The translations under genes and the position numbers were made by a program. A stretch of 32,000 nt of DNA from Desulfocapsa sulfexigens DSM 10523 (GTDB taxonomy: Bacteria > Desulfobacterota > Desulfobulbia > Desulfobulbales > Desulfocapsaceae), in the NCBI RefSeq assembly GCF_000341395.1, contig NC_020304.1:1110001-1142000 (forward strand). Direction: 5' to 3'. This document shows, piece by piece, positions 9,054 through 18,423 of this stretch (within the stretch, counting starts at the first letter, position 1; each line of letters opens with the position of its first letter). The notes beneath the pieces were generated by a model. The model saw nothing but the letters and a program-made list of their open reading frames with translations. It was not told where the DNA came from and did not search any database.

Positions 9054-11579
9054 TTACTCCAGCCAGCGAATGAAATTGGCCTCCAGCGGCACCGATAAAT
9101 CCGCATGATAGGGAATCACCCGTGGAGTGTAATTTGCTGCCGGCCGCACAGCGGGCATAGTTGCATGGTACTGGTAACCAACAGTCGATCCAGCGAGCAT
9201 CTCACCACGATCCATGGTTACACACACAGGATCGGCATCCGGGGGCAGCGGGTCAGCGTATAATTCGACCCGGACCGCGGTCGGCAAAATCTTGCCCAGA
9301 TAGACTTCCACTTGAAACAGGTGCCTCGTTGAAGATTCCTGTACTGTGTATTGCCCGAAACGTAATTGTTGCCAATGATTGGTGAGTGAGATGTGCCATT
9401 GTTCTATGGCAGCAGATAAGCTCGCATTGTCGGCCGCACGGCGCCGGTATGCCATTGCTGCCGACAGGTAATAATCGTCGGTATATTCCCGCGCCATTCG
9501 ATTACAGGAAAACCTGGGTGTCAACCGTGCCAGGCTCTGACGCATCCTGGCCACCCATGACGTGGGTATGCCCTGTTCATCACGGGTGTAAAAGGCCGGC
9601 ACCACTTCCTGCTCCAGAAGCATATACAGTTCCTCTGCTTCCACCGCATCCCAGGCAGCATCATGATCATGCTCCTGCCCGTCGCCAAGGGACCAGCCCA
9701 CTTCGGGTTCATAGGCTTCAGCCCACCAACCGTCCAGTTCCGACAGGTTAAGACCACCGTTGACCAGCACCTTCATGCCGCTGGTACCACTGGCTTCCCA
9801 GGGGCGGCGCGGCGTATTCAACCAGAGGTCCACGCCCTGAACCAGTTCAGCAGCGAGCCCCATGTCGTAATCCACAAGGAACACACCGTGTCCATGTATT
9901 TCCGGTCGTCGCATATAGTCATTCCACTCTCGCACAAGACGCATCCCTTTTTCATCCTGGGGATGAGCCTTACCGGCAATCAGAAGCTGTACAGGACGCT
10001 CGGTATCGGTGAGCAGGCGTGTCAGGCGATCTGGATCGGCAAGGAGCAAGGTAGGCCGTTTATAACTGGCAAAGCGACGAGCAAAACCGATGGTCAGAAC
10101 ATTCGGATCAAACAGCTGGAGACATTGCAGGACGCCCTCTTGACTGACACCACAAGCTGCCTGCTGGCGGGCCAGGCGTTGCCGTACTTTTTCAACAAGC
10201 GGCTGCCGTGCCCGGTTCCGCATGGCCCATAGTTTTTCATCGTCCACATTGTGCCAGGCCTGTTCTATGCTTTCCAGGGTGCTGAGCCAGCTCCCCTTGC
10301 CGCAATGTTCGGTCCACAGGGCATCGGCCGCAGCAGAATCCCACGAAGGCATATGGACGCCGTTGGTGACATGACTGATAGGGATTTCATGCTGCGGCCA
10401 TCTGGGAAACAGAGGACAAAAAATACGGCGGCTGACCTCGCCGTGCAAACGGCTGACACCATTTACTCTCCCACAACCGCGCAGGGCAAGATAAGCCATG
10501 TTAAAGGAGTCACGGTCATCACCATCGAGCCCGTCGCCCAGAGCCAGCAATGCATCCATGGAAATCCCAAGCTGCTTGACATAACCAGAAAAATACCGTG
10601 CCACGAGCTCGTACGCAAAACGATCAAAACCCGCGGCAACAGGGGTATGGGTGGTAAAGACATTGCCGGCCCTGGTACTTTGAAGAGATAAGGAAAATGA
10701 TCGGTCGTTGAGTTCCATAAAGCGACGGGCACGCTCCAGCACAACGAAGGCGGCATGCCCTTCATTCAGATGACATACCGTTGGAGAAATATTGAGCGCT
10801 TCGAGCAGGCGCCAGCCACCAATGCCCAGCACGATCTCCTGTTGCAGGCGCATTTCTCTTCCACCTCCGTACAACTCGCCGGTGATACCCCGATCACCCG
10901 GATCATTAAGGAGATCGTTGCTATCCAGCAGATACAGGGGAATCCGACCGACCTGTGCCTGCCAGCCGCGCAAATAAAGGGTGCGACCCGGCAATTCCAC
11001 GCTTATTCGCAGCCATTCCCCATCAGGCCCCTGTAAAGGAAGTACAGGCAGCATAGTAGGATTGTTGTATGGAAAAAAAGCCAACTGGTTACCATCGGTG
11101 TCGAACGCCTGACGAAAATACCCCTGCTGATAGAGCAATCCGATGCCGACCAAAGGAATACCCAGATCACTTGCTGTCTTCAGGAAATCGCCAGCAAGTA
11201 TACCTAAACCGCCCGAATAGATAGGCAGCGCCTCACTCAAGCCAAATTCCATGCTGAAATAGGCCACGGCTCCCAACTTGTTGTCGCCATGTCGCTCTTC
11301 AAACCAAGTTGATTGACTCAAATACTCCTTGCGATAGTCGAACTGACGCTGCAGTTCATCGACAAAATCGGTATCGCTGGCAAGGGTTTCCAACCGCTTT
11401 CTGGAAATACTTTCCAGGATCAGCCACGGATCTTCTGTCGCCTCCCAAAGTTCGGCATCAACTTTCTGCCAGAGGGTATCGGCGCTATGGTTCCAGTTCC
11501 AGCGCAGGTCTAGCGCAAGTTCTGTAAGCCCTTTCAGTTGCTGGGGCAGAGACCGGGGCAGGTATCGTTCTGGGTTCAT
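9054..11579 (-). CDS. glgP: Alpha-glucan (glycogen/maltodextrin) phosphorylase family protein
   Basis: N-terminal DUF3417-like LKGLTELALDLRWNWNHSADTLWQKVDAELWEATEDPW; catalytic region features VAYFSMEFGLSEALPIYSGGLGILAGDFLK, FTTHTPVAAGFDRF, and GVDLWLNTPRRPWEASGTSGMKVLVNGGLNLSELDGWWAE. Confidence 0.95.
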   Translation of the reverse strand: MNPERYLPRSLPQQLKGLTELALDLRWNWNHSADTLWQKVDAELWEATEDPWLILESISRKRLETLASDTDFVDELQRQFDYRKEYLSQSTWFEERHGDNKLGAVAYFSMEFGLSEALPIYSGGLGILAGDFLKTASDLGIPLVGIGLLYQQGYFRQAFDTDGNQLAFFPYNNPTMLPVLPLQGPDGEWLRISVELPGRTLYLRGWQAQVGRIPLYLLDSNDLLNDPGDRGITGELYGGGREMRLQQEIVLGIGGWRLLEALNISPTVCHLNEGHAAFVVLERARRFMELNDRSFSLSLQSTRAGNVFTTHTPVAAGFDRFAYELVARYFSGYVKQLGISMDALLALGDGLDGDDRDSFNMAYLALRGCGRVNGVSRLHGEVSRRIFCPLFPRWPQHEIPISHVTNGVHMPSWDSAAADALWTEHCGKGSWLSTLESIEQAWHNVDDEKLWAMRNRARQPLVEKVRQRLARQQAACGVSQEGVLQCLQLFDPNVLTIGFARRFASYKRPTLLLADPDRLTRLLTDTERPVQLLIAGKAHPQDEKGMRLVREWNDYMRRPEIHGHGVFLVDYDMGLAAELVQGVDLWLNTPRRPWEASGTSGMKVLVNGGLNLSELDGWWAEAYEPEVGWSLGDGQEHDHDAAWDAVEAEELYMLLEQEVVPAFYTRDEQGIPTSWVARMRQSLARLTPRFSCNRMAREYTDDYYLSAAMAYRRRAADNASLSAAIEQWHISLTNHWQQLRFGQYTVQESSTRHLFQVEVYLGKILPTAVRVELYADPLPPDADPVCVTMDRGEMLAGSTVGYQYHATMPAVRPAANYTPRVIPYHADLSVPLEANFIRWLE

Positions 11580-11727
11580 GGTTCACCTCTGCTCAATTCT
11601 TTTCATTATTAACAAATTCGATATGTCTTGCAAAACCACAGTTGCCCAAAACACATGTTACCAATTGGGTTATGGAATCCTCACTGCATCACGTACATAT
11701 TTCACTTGATGCATCTGGACAAAATCA

Positions 11728-12840
11728 TCAATCATAGAAAAAATGAAAACCAAGTCCAATAAACTCCACGGGATCGCGTGCGTAAAACTGCCCGTTAGGA
11801 GAACTCCCATTGTAATATTCGATAAGGATTTGCAGTTTACGGCTCAGAAAAACAGGGTTTTCCAGTTGAACCCCGGCACGTAACGATACATTCGTATCCC
11901 AATCGCCCTCTTCAAAGTTCTGCAGATCGAGTGCCACAATTGGCCTGAGAGCTCCGCCCAGCCATGCCTCAGAGCTCCTGAACTCCAAACCCGACTGTGC
12001 TAGCCACGGCCTCAGGTCGGAAGGATCACGATCAAACAGATAGCCTCCTCCTCCGTATATGCGAAAACCTAAAGGAAAATTATAGGAGAGAAGCGTACCA
12101 AACCCTTCATAGCTCAGATTAATTCGTTCTTGCGCTTGACCGCTCAGCAGGTACTCATCCCCCAGATGGGAACTTTGGTGAAAGATTCGTGCCATTGCGG
12201 AAAAATTGTCTTTTTTGAGCGAGAGGGGAATTGCAACATAGTAGTCGGCATTAACTAGATCAAGCGAGTCGGCATCCATATCGAAGATGGAGAAAACTCC
12301 AGCCTGAAGCCCTACCTCCATCTGACTGTTCCACGGCCCCCCAAAGCGGTAGAAACTGAAGGTTTCACCGAAGCTAGTCGAGCCCACCCTCTCCAGCTGA
12401 CTGTTTTGCTGGTATTGCTGGTAGGAAACAGAGAAATGCGGCCAGCGCGGATCCGCAAGAAGCGATTTAAAAAGCAGATCCCGTGGCAGAAAGACGTTTA
12501 CCTCCGTTGCAATATCCGACTTCCCATCCGTTGGTGTGATCTTGCCATCCTCGACAACAAATACCTGACTGACACCTTCAATCGAAGAAAGCGAAGATTT
12601 CATTCGGTCGCGCACCTCATCTGGAGCCTCCAATCCCCGGATATAGATGACTCCGGACTGAACGTTGAGCTTTTCCACTGTAATCTGAAAGTCCCGTTGC
12701 AGAATCGCCGCAGCATATCCACGGATAAATTCGTCACTTGCCGGAGCGGCCCCGGAACTACAGGGAAAAAATATCACAAGGAAGAGCAAGCCTGAAAAAA
12801 TATGCCATACATGCGACCTCTGTTGCTGAAAATGATTCAT
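11728..12840 (-). CDS. BON domain + DUF1207-like outer-membrane protein
   Basis: Signal peptide; BON-like QITVEKLNVQSGVIYIRGLEAPDEVRDRMKSSLSSIEGVSQVFVVEDG; then a DUF1207-like region (LFKSLLADPRWPHFSVSYQQY..., ILIEYYNGSSPNGQFYARDPVEFIGLGFHFFYD). Confidence 0.8.
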   Translation of the reverse strand: MNHFQQQRSHVWHIFSGLLFLVIFFPCSSGAAPASDEFIRGYAAAILQRDFQITVEKLNVQSGVIYIRGLEAPDEVRDRMKSSLSSIEGVSQVFVVEDGKITPTDGKSDIATEVNVFLPRDLLFKSLLADPRWPHFSVSYQQYQQNSQLERVGSTSFGETFSFYRFGGPWNSQMEVGLQAGVFSIFDMDADSLDLVNADYYVAIPLSLKKDNFSAMARIFHQSSHLGDEYLLSGQAQERINLSYEGFGTLLSYNFPLGFRIYGGGGYLFDRDPSDLRPWLAQSGLEFRSSEAWLGGALRPIVALDLQNFEEGDWDTNVSLRAGVQLENPVFLSRKLQILIEYYNGSSPNGQFYARDPVEFIGLGFHFFYD

Positions 12841-13062
12841 TTCCCCTCCTTAAATAAGGGTAGTTCCCCCCACTTGACCTGCTGCCGAGACAACCACCTG
12901 TTCGCCAGAGTTGAGACCAGATAGAATCTCGACTTGACCATCACGGCAACCTCCTCCCTTTTTTTATATATCATTTACAAATGACAGAGGAACATTACCT
13001 CCTTAACAGCTATGTAGTCGCGTTTTTGGTCATCCGAACTTCCCTTTACCATGTCGGCCAGT

Positions 13063-13542
13063 CTAATCACCCTTTTTGCCGTGCCCTCTGTTTTGTTTAT
13101 CCTGTTTACTCTTACCTTTATCGTCGTGATCTTTTTTCCCTTGGTCACTCCACTGCTTCTTCCACTGTCCGTAAGGGATATGGTGTTCCTTTTCGTAACG
13201 GTGTCGGTAATCCTTCGGTAACTGGTACAATGGTGCTGGAACATGATGTTTTCCTATACTTTCCCACGACCCGTTATAGGCATTGGAGCGGTACCACTGG
13301 CTCCCCCGCGGCCTCCACCAATAATTATCGTAGAAGAACATGTCAGTCTCGGCCTGGGGAACAAAATAAATCGTGGAATTCGGTATCATGACCACTGCCG
13401 GGGGTTCGGCAACCATGATGGGAGGGGGGCCAATATTGATAGAGACATGGATTTCGGCAGATGCATTGTTCATGCCTCCCGGGACAAACAATGCCAGCAA
13501 AAGAACACCCACTTCTAACACTCTCCAAATAGTTTTTTTCAT
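13063..13542 (-). CDS. Small secreted protein with aromatic core and basic/charged tail
   Basis: Signal peptide (MKKTIWRVLEVGVLLLALFVPGGMNNASA) then INIGPPPIMVAEPPAVVMIPNSTIYFVPQAETDMFFYDNYWWRPRGSQWYRS..., low-complexity Lys/Asp/Gly-rich C-terminus. Confidence 0.75.
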   Translation of the reverse strand: MKKTIWRVLEVGVLLLALFVPGGMNNASAEIHVSINIGPPPIMVAEPPAVVMIPNSTIYFVPQAETDMFFYDNYWWRPRGSQWYRSNAYNGSWESIGKHHVPAPLYQLPKDYRHRYEKEHHIPYGQWKKQWSDQGKKDHDDKGKSKQDKQNRGHGKKGD

Positions 13543-13755
13543 TTTTCTCCTCAGAGTTTAACAGTTCCTCTACATGTAAAAAAAAAACAAACTTTGTCTC
13601 AGCTAAAACTATTCTTTATAGATATAAAGCAAAAGGCATGCCGCATAGCAAAAACCGCTAAAGACACACAATATAAATTAATAACAAATGATTACCTTAA
13701 CATGAGGAATAGAGGGAGAGGCGGCCGTGGACCCTTTGGCCTCAGCATGCCGCGG

Positions 13756-13775
13756 ACCCTCAGAATTCTGAGGGT
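13756..13775. repeat. 20-bp perfect palindrome
   Basis: ACCCTCAGAATTCTGAGGGT equals its own reverse complement; lies in the gap between 13542 and 13902. Confidence 0.9.
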
Positions 13776-13901
13776 AGAAATTTCATGGAATCGAACGATT
13801 TGGCGGCTCATTGATGCCACAGTGAACCCAATAAATGAACGTTAGCTAATATTGAAGACAAGGAAAAGTTGGCTTTCTCCTGGTCCCAGATCATGGGCTG
13901 A

Positions 13902-16031
13902 TCATCCCGAGTTGGACTGTGAAGAAACATCTCCACGAACTATCCCGAGTTTATGCATTCTCGCTCGCAGGGTGCTGGGGTGGAGCCCCAAGATCTTGGC
14001 AGCCCCCTCTTTCCCCTCAATTTGCCATCCCTTTTCCACAAGGGTACCCAGGATAAGCTTGCGCTCCATCTCCTTCACAGTTCCGCCCAAGAAAGAATCA
14101 AGAGGGGGTGAAGGATTGAGGTTATCCGCAAGCTGAAATCCCGGCCCAGGGCAGAGAATCACAGCCCGTTCGATGATACTTTCAAGTTCTCGTACATTTC
14201 CAGGCCATTGATAGTCCTGCAATGCCTGCATAGTTTCCTTGGGGATAGAGGTGATCTGCTTCCCCATTTTCCGAGCATATCGTTGCACGAAGGCATGAAC
14301 CATGGGCACAATATCTTCCACCCGCTTTCGCAGAGGGGGAACCGTGATGGGAAAGACGTTCAATCGGTAGTACAGGTCCTTCCGGAATCTGCCACCGGCA
14401 ATCTCATCCACCAGGTTCCGATTGGTCGTTGCTACGACACGTACATCGACCTTAATGGTCTTGGAGGAACCCAACCGTTCAAACTGGCCATGCTGGATCA
14501 CCCTGAGCAGTTTGGCCTGCATTTCAAGGGGCAATTCACCTATCTCATCAAGGCACAAGGTAGAACCATCCGCGCTCTCGAACCGACCGACCTGTCGGGT
14601 ATCAGCCCCGGTATAAGCCCCTTTTTCCCGGCCGAACAGTTCACTCTCCAGCAAGTTGGCGGGCAGGGCGGCACAGTTCACGGTAATAAGCGGTCGATCC
14701 CGGCGGGAACTCAAATGATGGATGGCAGTGGCAATCAGCTCCTTACCCGTACCGGTCTCGCCGAGGATCAAAACCGTGGCATCGGTTGGTGCAACCTGTT
14801 CGGCTCGATAGAGAACATACTTGAGGCCATCGCTCTGCCCAATAATATAGTCAAATTGGCTCCTCTTTTCTCTCACCTTATGAATGTAGATATTCTTGAT
14901 TACCAGGCGGTCTTTCAGCGCTTTGATTTCAGCAAGGGCTTGGAGAAGGGATGCTTTCACCTGCTTATTTTCTTTGATCGCCTGCTCATATTGCTCAGTG
15001 AGTCCGTGCGCTTGGGTTCTACGCTCAGCCCTTCGTCGCTCCGTTTCATCACCGGCAACCGGGGAAGACACCGCCAAAAGATTCTGGTCGGTAACATCGC
15101 GAATGTTACACTGAATCACCTTCGTATTATTTACAAGATAGATACTGCTGATACATTCCACGGCAATTTCCCGACCGTTTTTGGTTTCCAAGGGTAAATT
15201 ATCGTATCGGACATATCCTTTGCGCTGTAATTCCGAAAATACTTTTTTTGAAGCGGCAGTATCGTGAAGACAACCAATATCCCAGAGTTTTTTCCCGAGC
15301 ACTTCCTCCGCAGAATACCCCAGTATTTCGGTGAGGAAAGGGTTGACATCAGTTATCTCGCTCGTCTTGGCATCAAGGATCAATATACCTTCCCTGGCTG
15401 CCTCGAAGAGACTACGGTAACGAGTTTCCGAGGCCTGCAGCGCCTCCTCCAACTCCCTGCGCTCACTGATGTCGGTGACCGTAGTCCGGCAGATTGAGTG
15501 TTCGCCGCCAAAGCCTATGGAAGATGGAATGGAATCAAGCTGGGCGTAGAAAGGTGTACCGTTTTCTTGAAGGAGGGTGAGGGAGCAGGTCTGTTTGGAC
15601 GACGCAGCAAATACTTTTTTTAAATGCAGGTAAAAGAGATCACTGTCATCCTGGCTCATAAAGGAAGAAAAAGGCCTTTTGAGTAAGGCGTCCCTCCCCC
15701 CCCCCAACTGTCTGCTACCAATACGATTTACCGCTAGGATATTCCCTTTCCGGTCAAGGGTGAAATACCCGACCGGGGCCTGGTCGTACAGGTCCACGTA
15801 TTGAGTGTGGGACTCCTCAAGTTCGTGTTGCATCTTTCGCAATTCTTCGTTTTGCGCCGCAAGCTCCGTCTGATGTACTCGGAGGTCATGGATCACCTCC
15901 TGATAATCATCGGGTATGAAATTCAGCTTATCAGCAACGCACTTGTCCCCTGGCTTGATAGCCTTTTTACGTTTAGAACTCTCGATGGACGTTTGCGCTT
16001 TGCGCTTATCGCTTTTCATACCCTCTATCAT
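13902..16031 (-). CDS. Sigma-54-dependent transcriptional regulator with N-terminal PAS domains (no receiver), Fis-type HTH
   Basis: Walker [16 protein letters not shown] (GAFTGA-loop equivalent), [41 protein letters not shown]-terminal [21 protein letters not shown]; two PAS domains upstream ([41 protein letters not shown]). Confidence 0.95.
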   Translation of the reverse strand: MIEGMKSDKRKAQTSIESSKRKKAIKPGDKCVADKLNFIPDDYQEVIHDLRVHQTELAAQNEELRKMQHELEESHTQYVDLYDQAPVGYFTLDRKGNILAVNRIGSRQLGGGRDALLKRPFSSFMSQDDSDLFYLHLKKVFAASSKQTCSLTLLQENGTPFYAQLDSIPSSIGFGGEHSICRTTVTDISERRELEEALQASETRYRSLFEAAREGILILDAKTSEITDVNPFLTEILGYSAEEVLGKKLWDIGCLHDTAASKKVFSELQRKGYVRYDNLPLETKNGREIAVECISSIYLVNNTKVIQCNIRDVTDQNLLAVSSPVAGDETERRRAERRTQAHGLTEQYEQAIKENKQVKASLLQALAEIKALKDRLVIKNIYIHKVREKRSQFDYIIGQSDGLKYVLYRAEQVAPTDATVLILGETGTGKELIATAIHHLSSRRDRPLITVNCAALPANLLESELFGREKGAYTGADTRQVGRFESADGSTLCLDEIGELPLEMQAKLLRVIQHGQFERLGSSKTIKVDVRVVATTNRNLVDEIAGGRFRKDLYYRLNVFPITVPPLRKRVEDIVPMVHAFVQRYARKMGKQITSIPKETMQALQDYQWPGNVRELESIIERAVILCPGPGFQLADNLNPSPPLDSFLGGTVKEMERKLILGTLVEKGWQIEGKEGAAKILGLHPSTLRARMHKLGIVRGDVSSQSNSG

Positions 16032-16407
16032 TTCTTTAAGAACTTATGGGAATGCAAGAGCAAAGGCAGCTTATCTTTTGTATCACTCAAGCAAATTGAA
16101 GAGAATATCTTTAGATCATCCTCATAACAAGAATTCATTTTTAGTATAGTTTCAAGTCCAGGATTGAGCAAACAAATTTATTCCATGCCCCCTTCCCTCC
16201 TGTACCCCAGGCCCCACGGCAAAATACAATACACCCTATACATCCATGCCTATAGAGCTGTTCTTGGAAAAAAAATTTCCTTTTTACCCGTTTGACATAT
16301 ACAATCAAAAAATGAAGAGTAACATACCATCCCCGCGTAGGCGGAGATGAGGAACAAAACTGGCCGAGCTTTGCACGTAGTGATCAGCTAAATATCAGGA
16401 GAAGAAA

Positions 16408-18072
16408 ATGGAAATGACAATTGGAAAAAAATTTGGATCCGTCCTGGTCCTCATCTTTGTCTTGCTCTCGGTCTCCATTGTGGTGAACTGGAGAAACGGC
16501 CTGGCCACCATAGAACTTGCGGACAAAACACGGAACGAATCGGTCGTCTTTGCCATCAAGGCAAAGGATATGCAGATCGCCATCATCCAGGTTCAGCAAT
16601 GGCTCACTGACATTTCAGCCACCAGAGGAGCGGAAGGTTTCGACGATGGCTTATCCGAAGCAGAGGCCAATGCTCGGATCTTCAAGGCACTGTATGAAGA
16701 TTTCCACAGGATGTTCAGCGATGAGGACGAAGGGGAAGCGGTTCGGGAACTCGAAAAACTCGACGAAGATTTTGATGCCTTTTATGCAATGGGTAAAAAA
16801 CTCGCCGCCACCTATGTCAATGGTGGACCTGCCGAGGGAAACAAGCTGATGAAACAGTTTGATCCTCTTGCAACAGCTCTTACCGAAGAAGTCCAGGCCC
16901 TTGTCAAGGAGCAGGTGAATGAACTTGTTGATAATATGGGGAAAATCGAGTCAAAAATACAACAGGGCCAAAAGATCAATATGATATTAAATTTTTTCAC
17001 CCTGGTGGTTGCACTCTTTTTTACCTATTTTGTCACGAACGGTATTCAAAAAAATGTCCAAAAAATTCTAGTATTTGTCAACAGTCTGGCCCGCGGTGAT
17101 TTATCATCTACCATAGATGTTCAATGCCGCGGAGAGCTGCGAGATATCGCAGAAAACCTTGACGAAATGCAAACAAACATCAATTCCATGCTGCGGGATG
17201 TCATTGAGGGAAACCAGATGCTCTCTTCTTCATCCTCAGAGCTTTCCTCTGTGGCCAATCAGATGTCTGCAAATGCTGAACAGACAACAGGCAGGGCTAA
17301 TACTGTTTCCGTAGCGGCCGAGGAGATGAGTGCAAATATGGACTCTATTGCCGCCGCTTCTGAAGAAACTTCAGTCAACGTCAACATGGTTGCCTCTGCC
17401 GCTGAAGAGATGTCCGCAACCATAACAGAAATTGCCACCAATACGGAAAAAACAAGTCAGATAACCCAGCAGGCCGTTAGCCAGGCAGAAAACGCCTCTA
17501 CTCAGATAAACGAATTAGGATTCGCGGCCCAGGAGATCGGCAAGGTAACAGAAACTATCACTGAAATATCAGAACAGACCAACCTTCTTGCCCTCAATGC
17601 AACCATTGAAGCAGCCAGAGCCGGAGAGGCCGGTAAGGGTTTTGCCGTGGTCGCCAACGAGATAAAAGATCTTGCCAAGCAGACTTCCCAAGCCACCGGG
17701 GAAATCAAAGATAAGATCTCTAAAATTCAGGCTGCAACAAACAATTCAGTCACAGAAATCACAGAAATCACAGAAGTGATAAATGAAATAAGTAAAATGA
17801 TCTCCACTGTTGCGACAACTGTCGAAGAGCAGGCGGCCGCCACGCAGGAGATAGCCAGCAATGTTTCCCAGGCCTCTCAGGGTATTCAGGAAGTCAACGA
17901 GAATGTGGCTCAGGCCTCGTCAGTCACCAGGGAAGTAGCGGCTGATATTGCTGAAGTGGGACAGTCTGCAAAAGAAATGAACAATAGCAGCTCGCTGGTA
18001 AATGTGAGCGCTGAAAAATTGAGTTCCCTCGCTGAGAAATTAACGGGTGTGCTGAGTCGGTTCAAGGTGTGA
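16408..18072 (+). CDS. Methyl-accepting chemotaxis protein
   Basis: N-terminal TM plus periplasmic helical region, second TM, HAMP, and signalling hairpin [50 protein letters not shown]; AGGAG RBS upstream. Confidence 0.96.
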   Translation: MEMTIGKKFGSVLVLIFVLLSVSIVVNWRNGLATIELADKTRNESVVFAIKAKDMQIAIIQVQQWLTDISATRGAEGFDDGLSEAEANARIFKALYEDFHRMFSDEDEGEAVRELEKLDEDFDAFYAMGKKLAATYVNGGPAEGNKLMKQFDPLATALTEEVQALVKEQVNELVDNMGKIESKIQQGQKINMILNFFTLVVALFFTYFVTNGIQKNVQKILVFVNSLARGDLSSTIDVQCRGELRDIAENLDEMQTNINSMLRDVIEGNQMLSSSSSELSSVANQMSANAEQTTGRANTVSVAAEEMSANMDSIAAASEETSVNVNMVASAAEEMSATITEIATNTEKTSQITQQAVSQAENASTQINELGFAAQEIGKVTETITEISEQTNLLALNATIEAARAGEAGKGFAVVANEIKDLAKQTSQATGEIKDKISKIQAATNNSVTEITEITEVINEISKMISTVATTVEEQAAATQEIASNVSQASQGIQEVNENVAQASSVTREVAADIAEVGQSAKEMNNSSSLVNVSAEKLSSLAEKLTGVLSRFKV

Positions 18073-18129
18073 AATGATACGCGTTCAGCTCCAGGGCATG
18101 GGCAGATGATATCTCTTCCATTCCCCTCA

Positions 18130-18169
18130 CTCCGCAATGATGTACAATATACCGTACATCATTGCGGAG
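18130..18169. repeat. Perfect 16-bp inverted repeat with 8-nt loop
   Basis: CTCCGCAATGATGTAC (18130-18145) - AATATACC - GTACATCATTGCGGAG (18154-18169). No U-tract immediately after the stem on either strand. Confidence 0.9.
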
Positions 18170-18423
18170 CAGAAGAACATGATGCATCTTCTCAACAAGT
18201 CCCTTTCTCCAACACATAGTGAGCTTGCCTGAGTAGTAAGGGGCAATATCCTCTCTCCAAAATATCATTTTTATATCTTTTTATTCGATTGCCTTTGTAT
18301 TTTACCCCTCATTTCTGATAGCCTGAACAAAGCTCATTCAATCCGTTAGAACAGTGAGACTAAGAGCTGTGTTCTATAGTCAAAAGCCTTATCCCTTTGT
18401 TTCGTTTGGCTCAGGAGTGATAT

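Noticed and set aside
12975-13244. 89-aa minus-strand ORF overlapping the end of the small secreted protein
   Set aside because: Out-of-frame overlap with a gene that has a proper signal peptide; no independent support.
14208-15197. 329-aa plus-strand ORF
   Set aside because: Antisense to the sigma-54 regulator AAA+ domain; the minus-strand frame carries all conserved motifs.
16264-16320. Possible promoter or terminator-like elements (GGAAAAAAAATTTCCTTTTT and TTTGACATATACAAT) upstream of the chemotaxis receptor gene
   Set aside because: The stem is only 5 bp and the -35-like TTGACA lacks a convincing -10 at normal spacing, so I could not support a specific call.
18062-18268. 68-aa minus-strand ORF spanning the 16-bp inverted repeat
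   Set aside because: It is antisense to the end of the MCP gene and partly made of the inverted repeat; no protein-like features.
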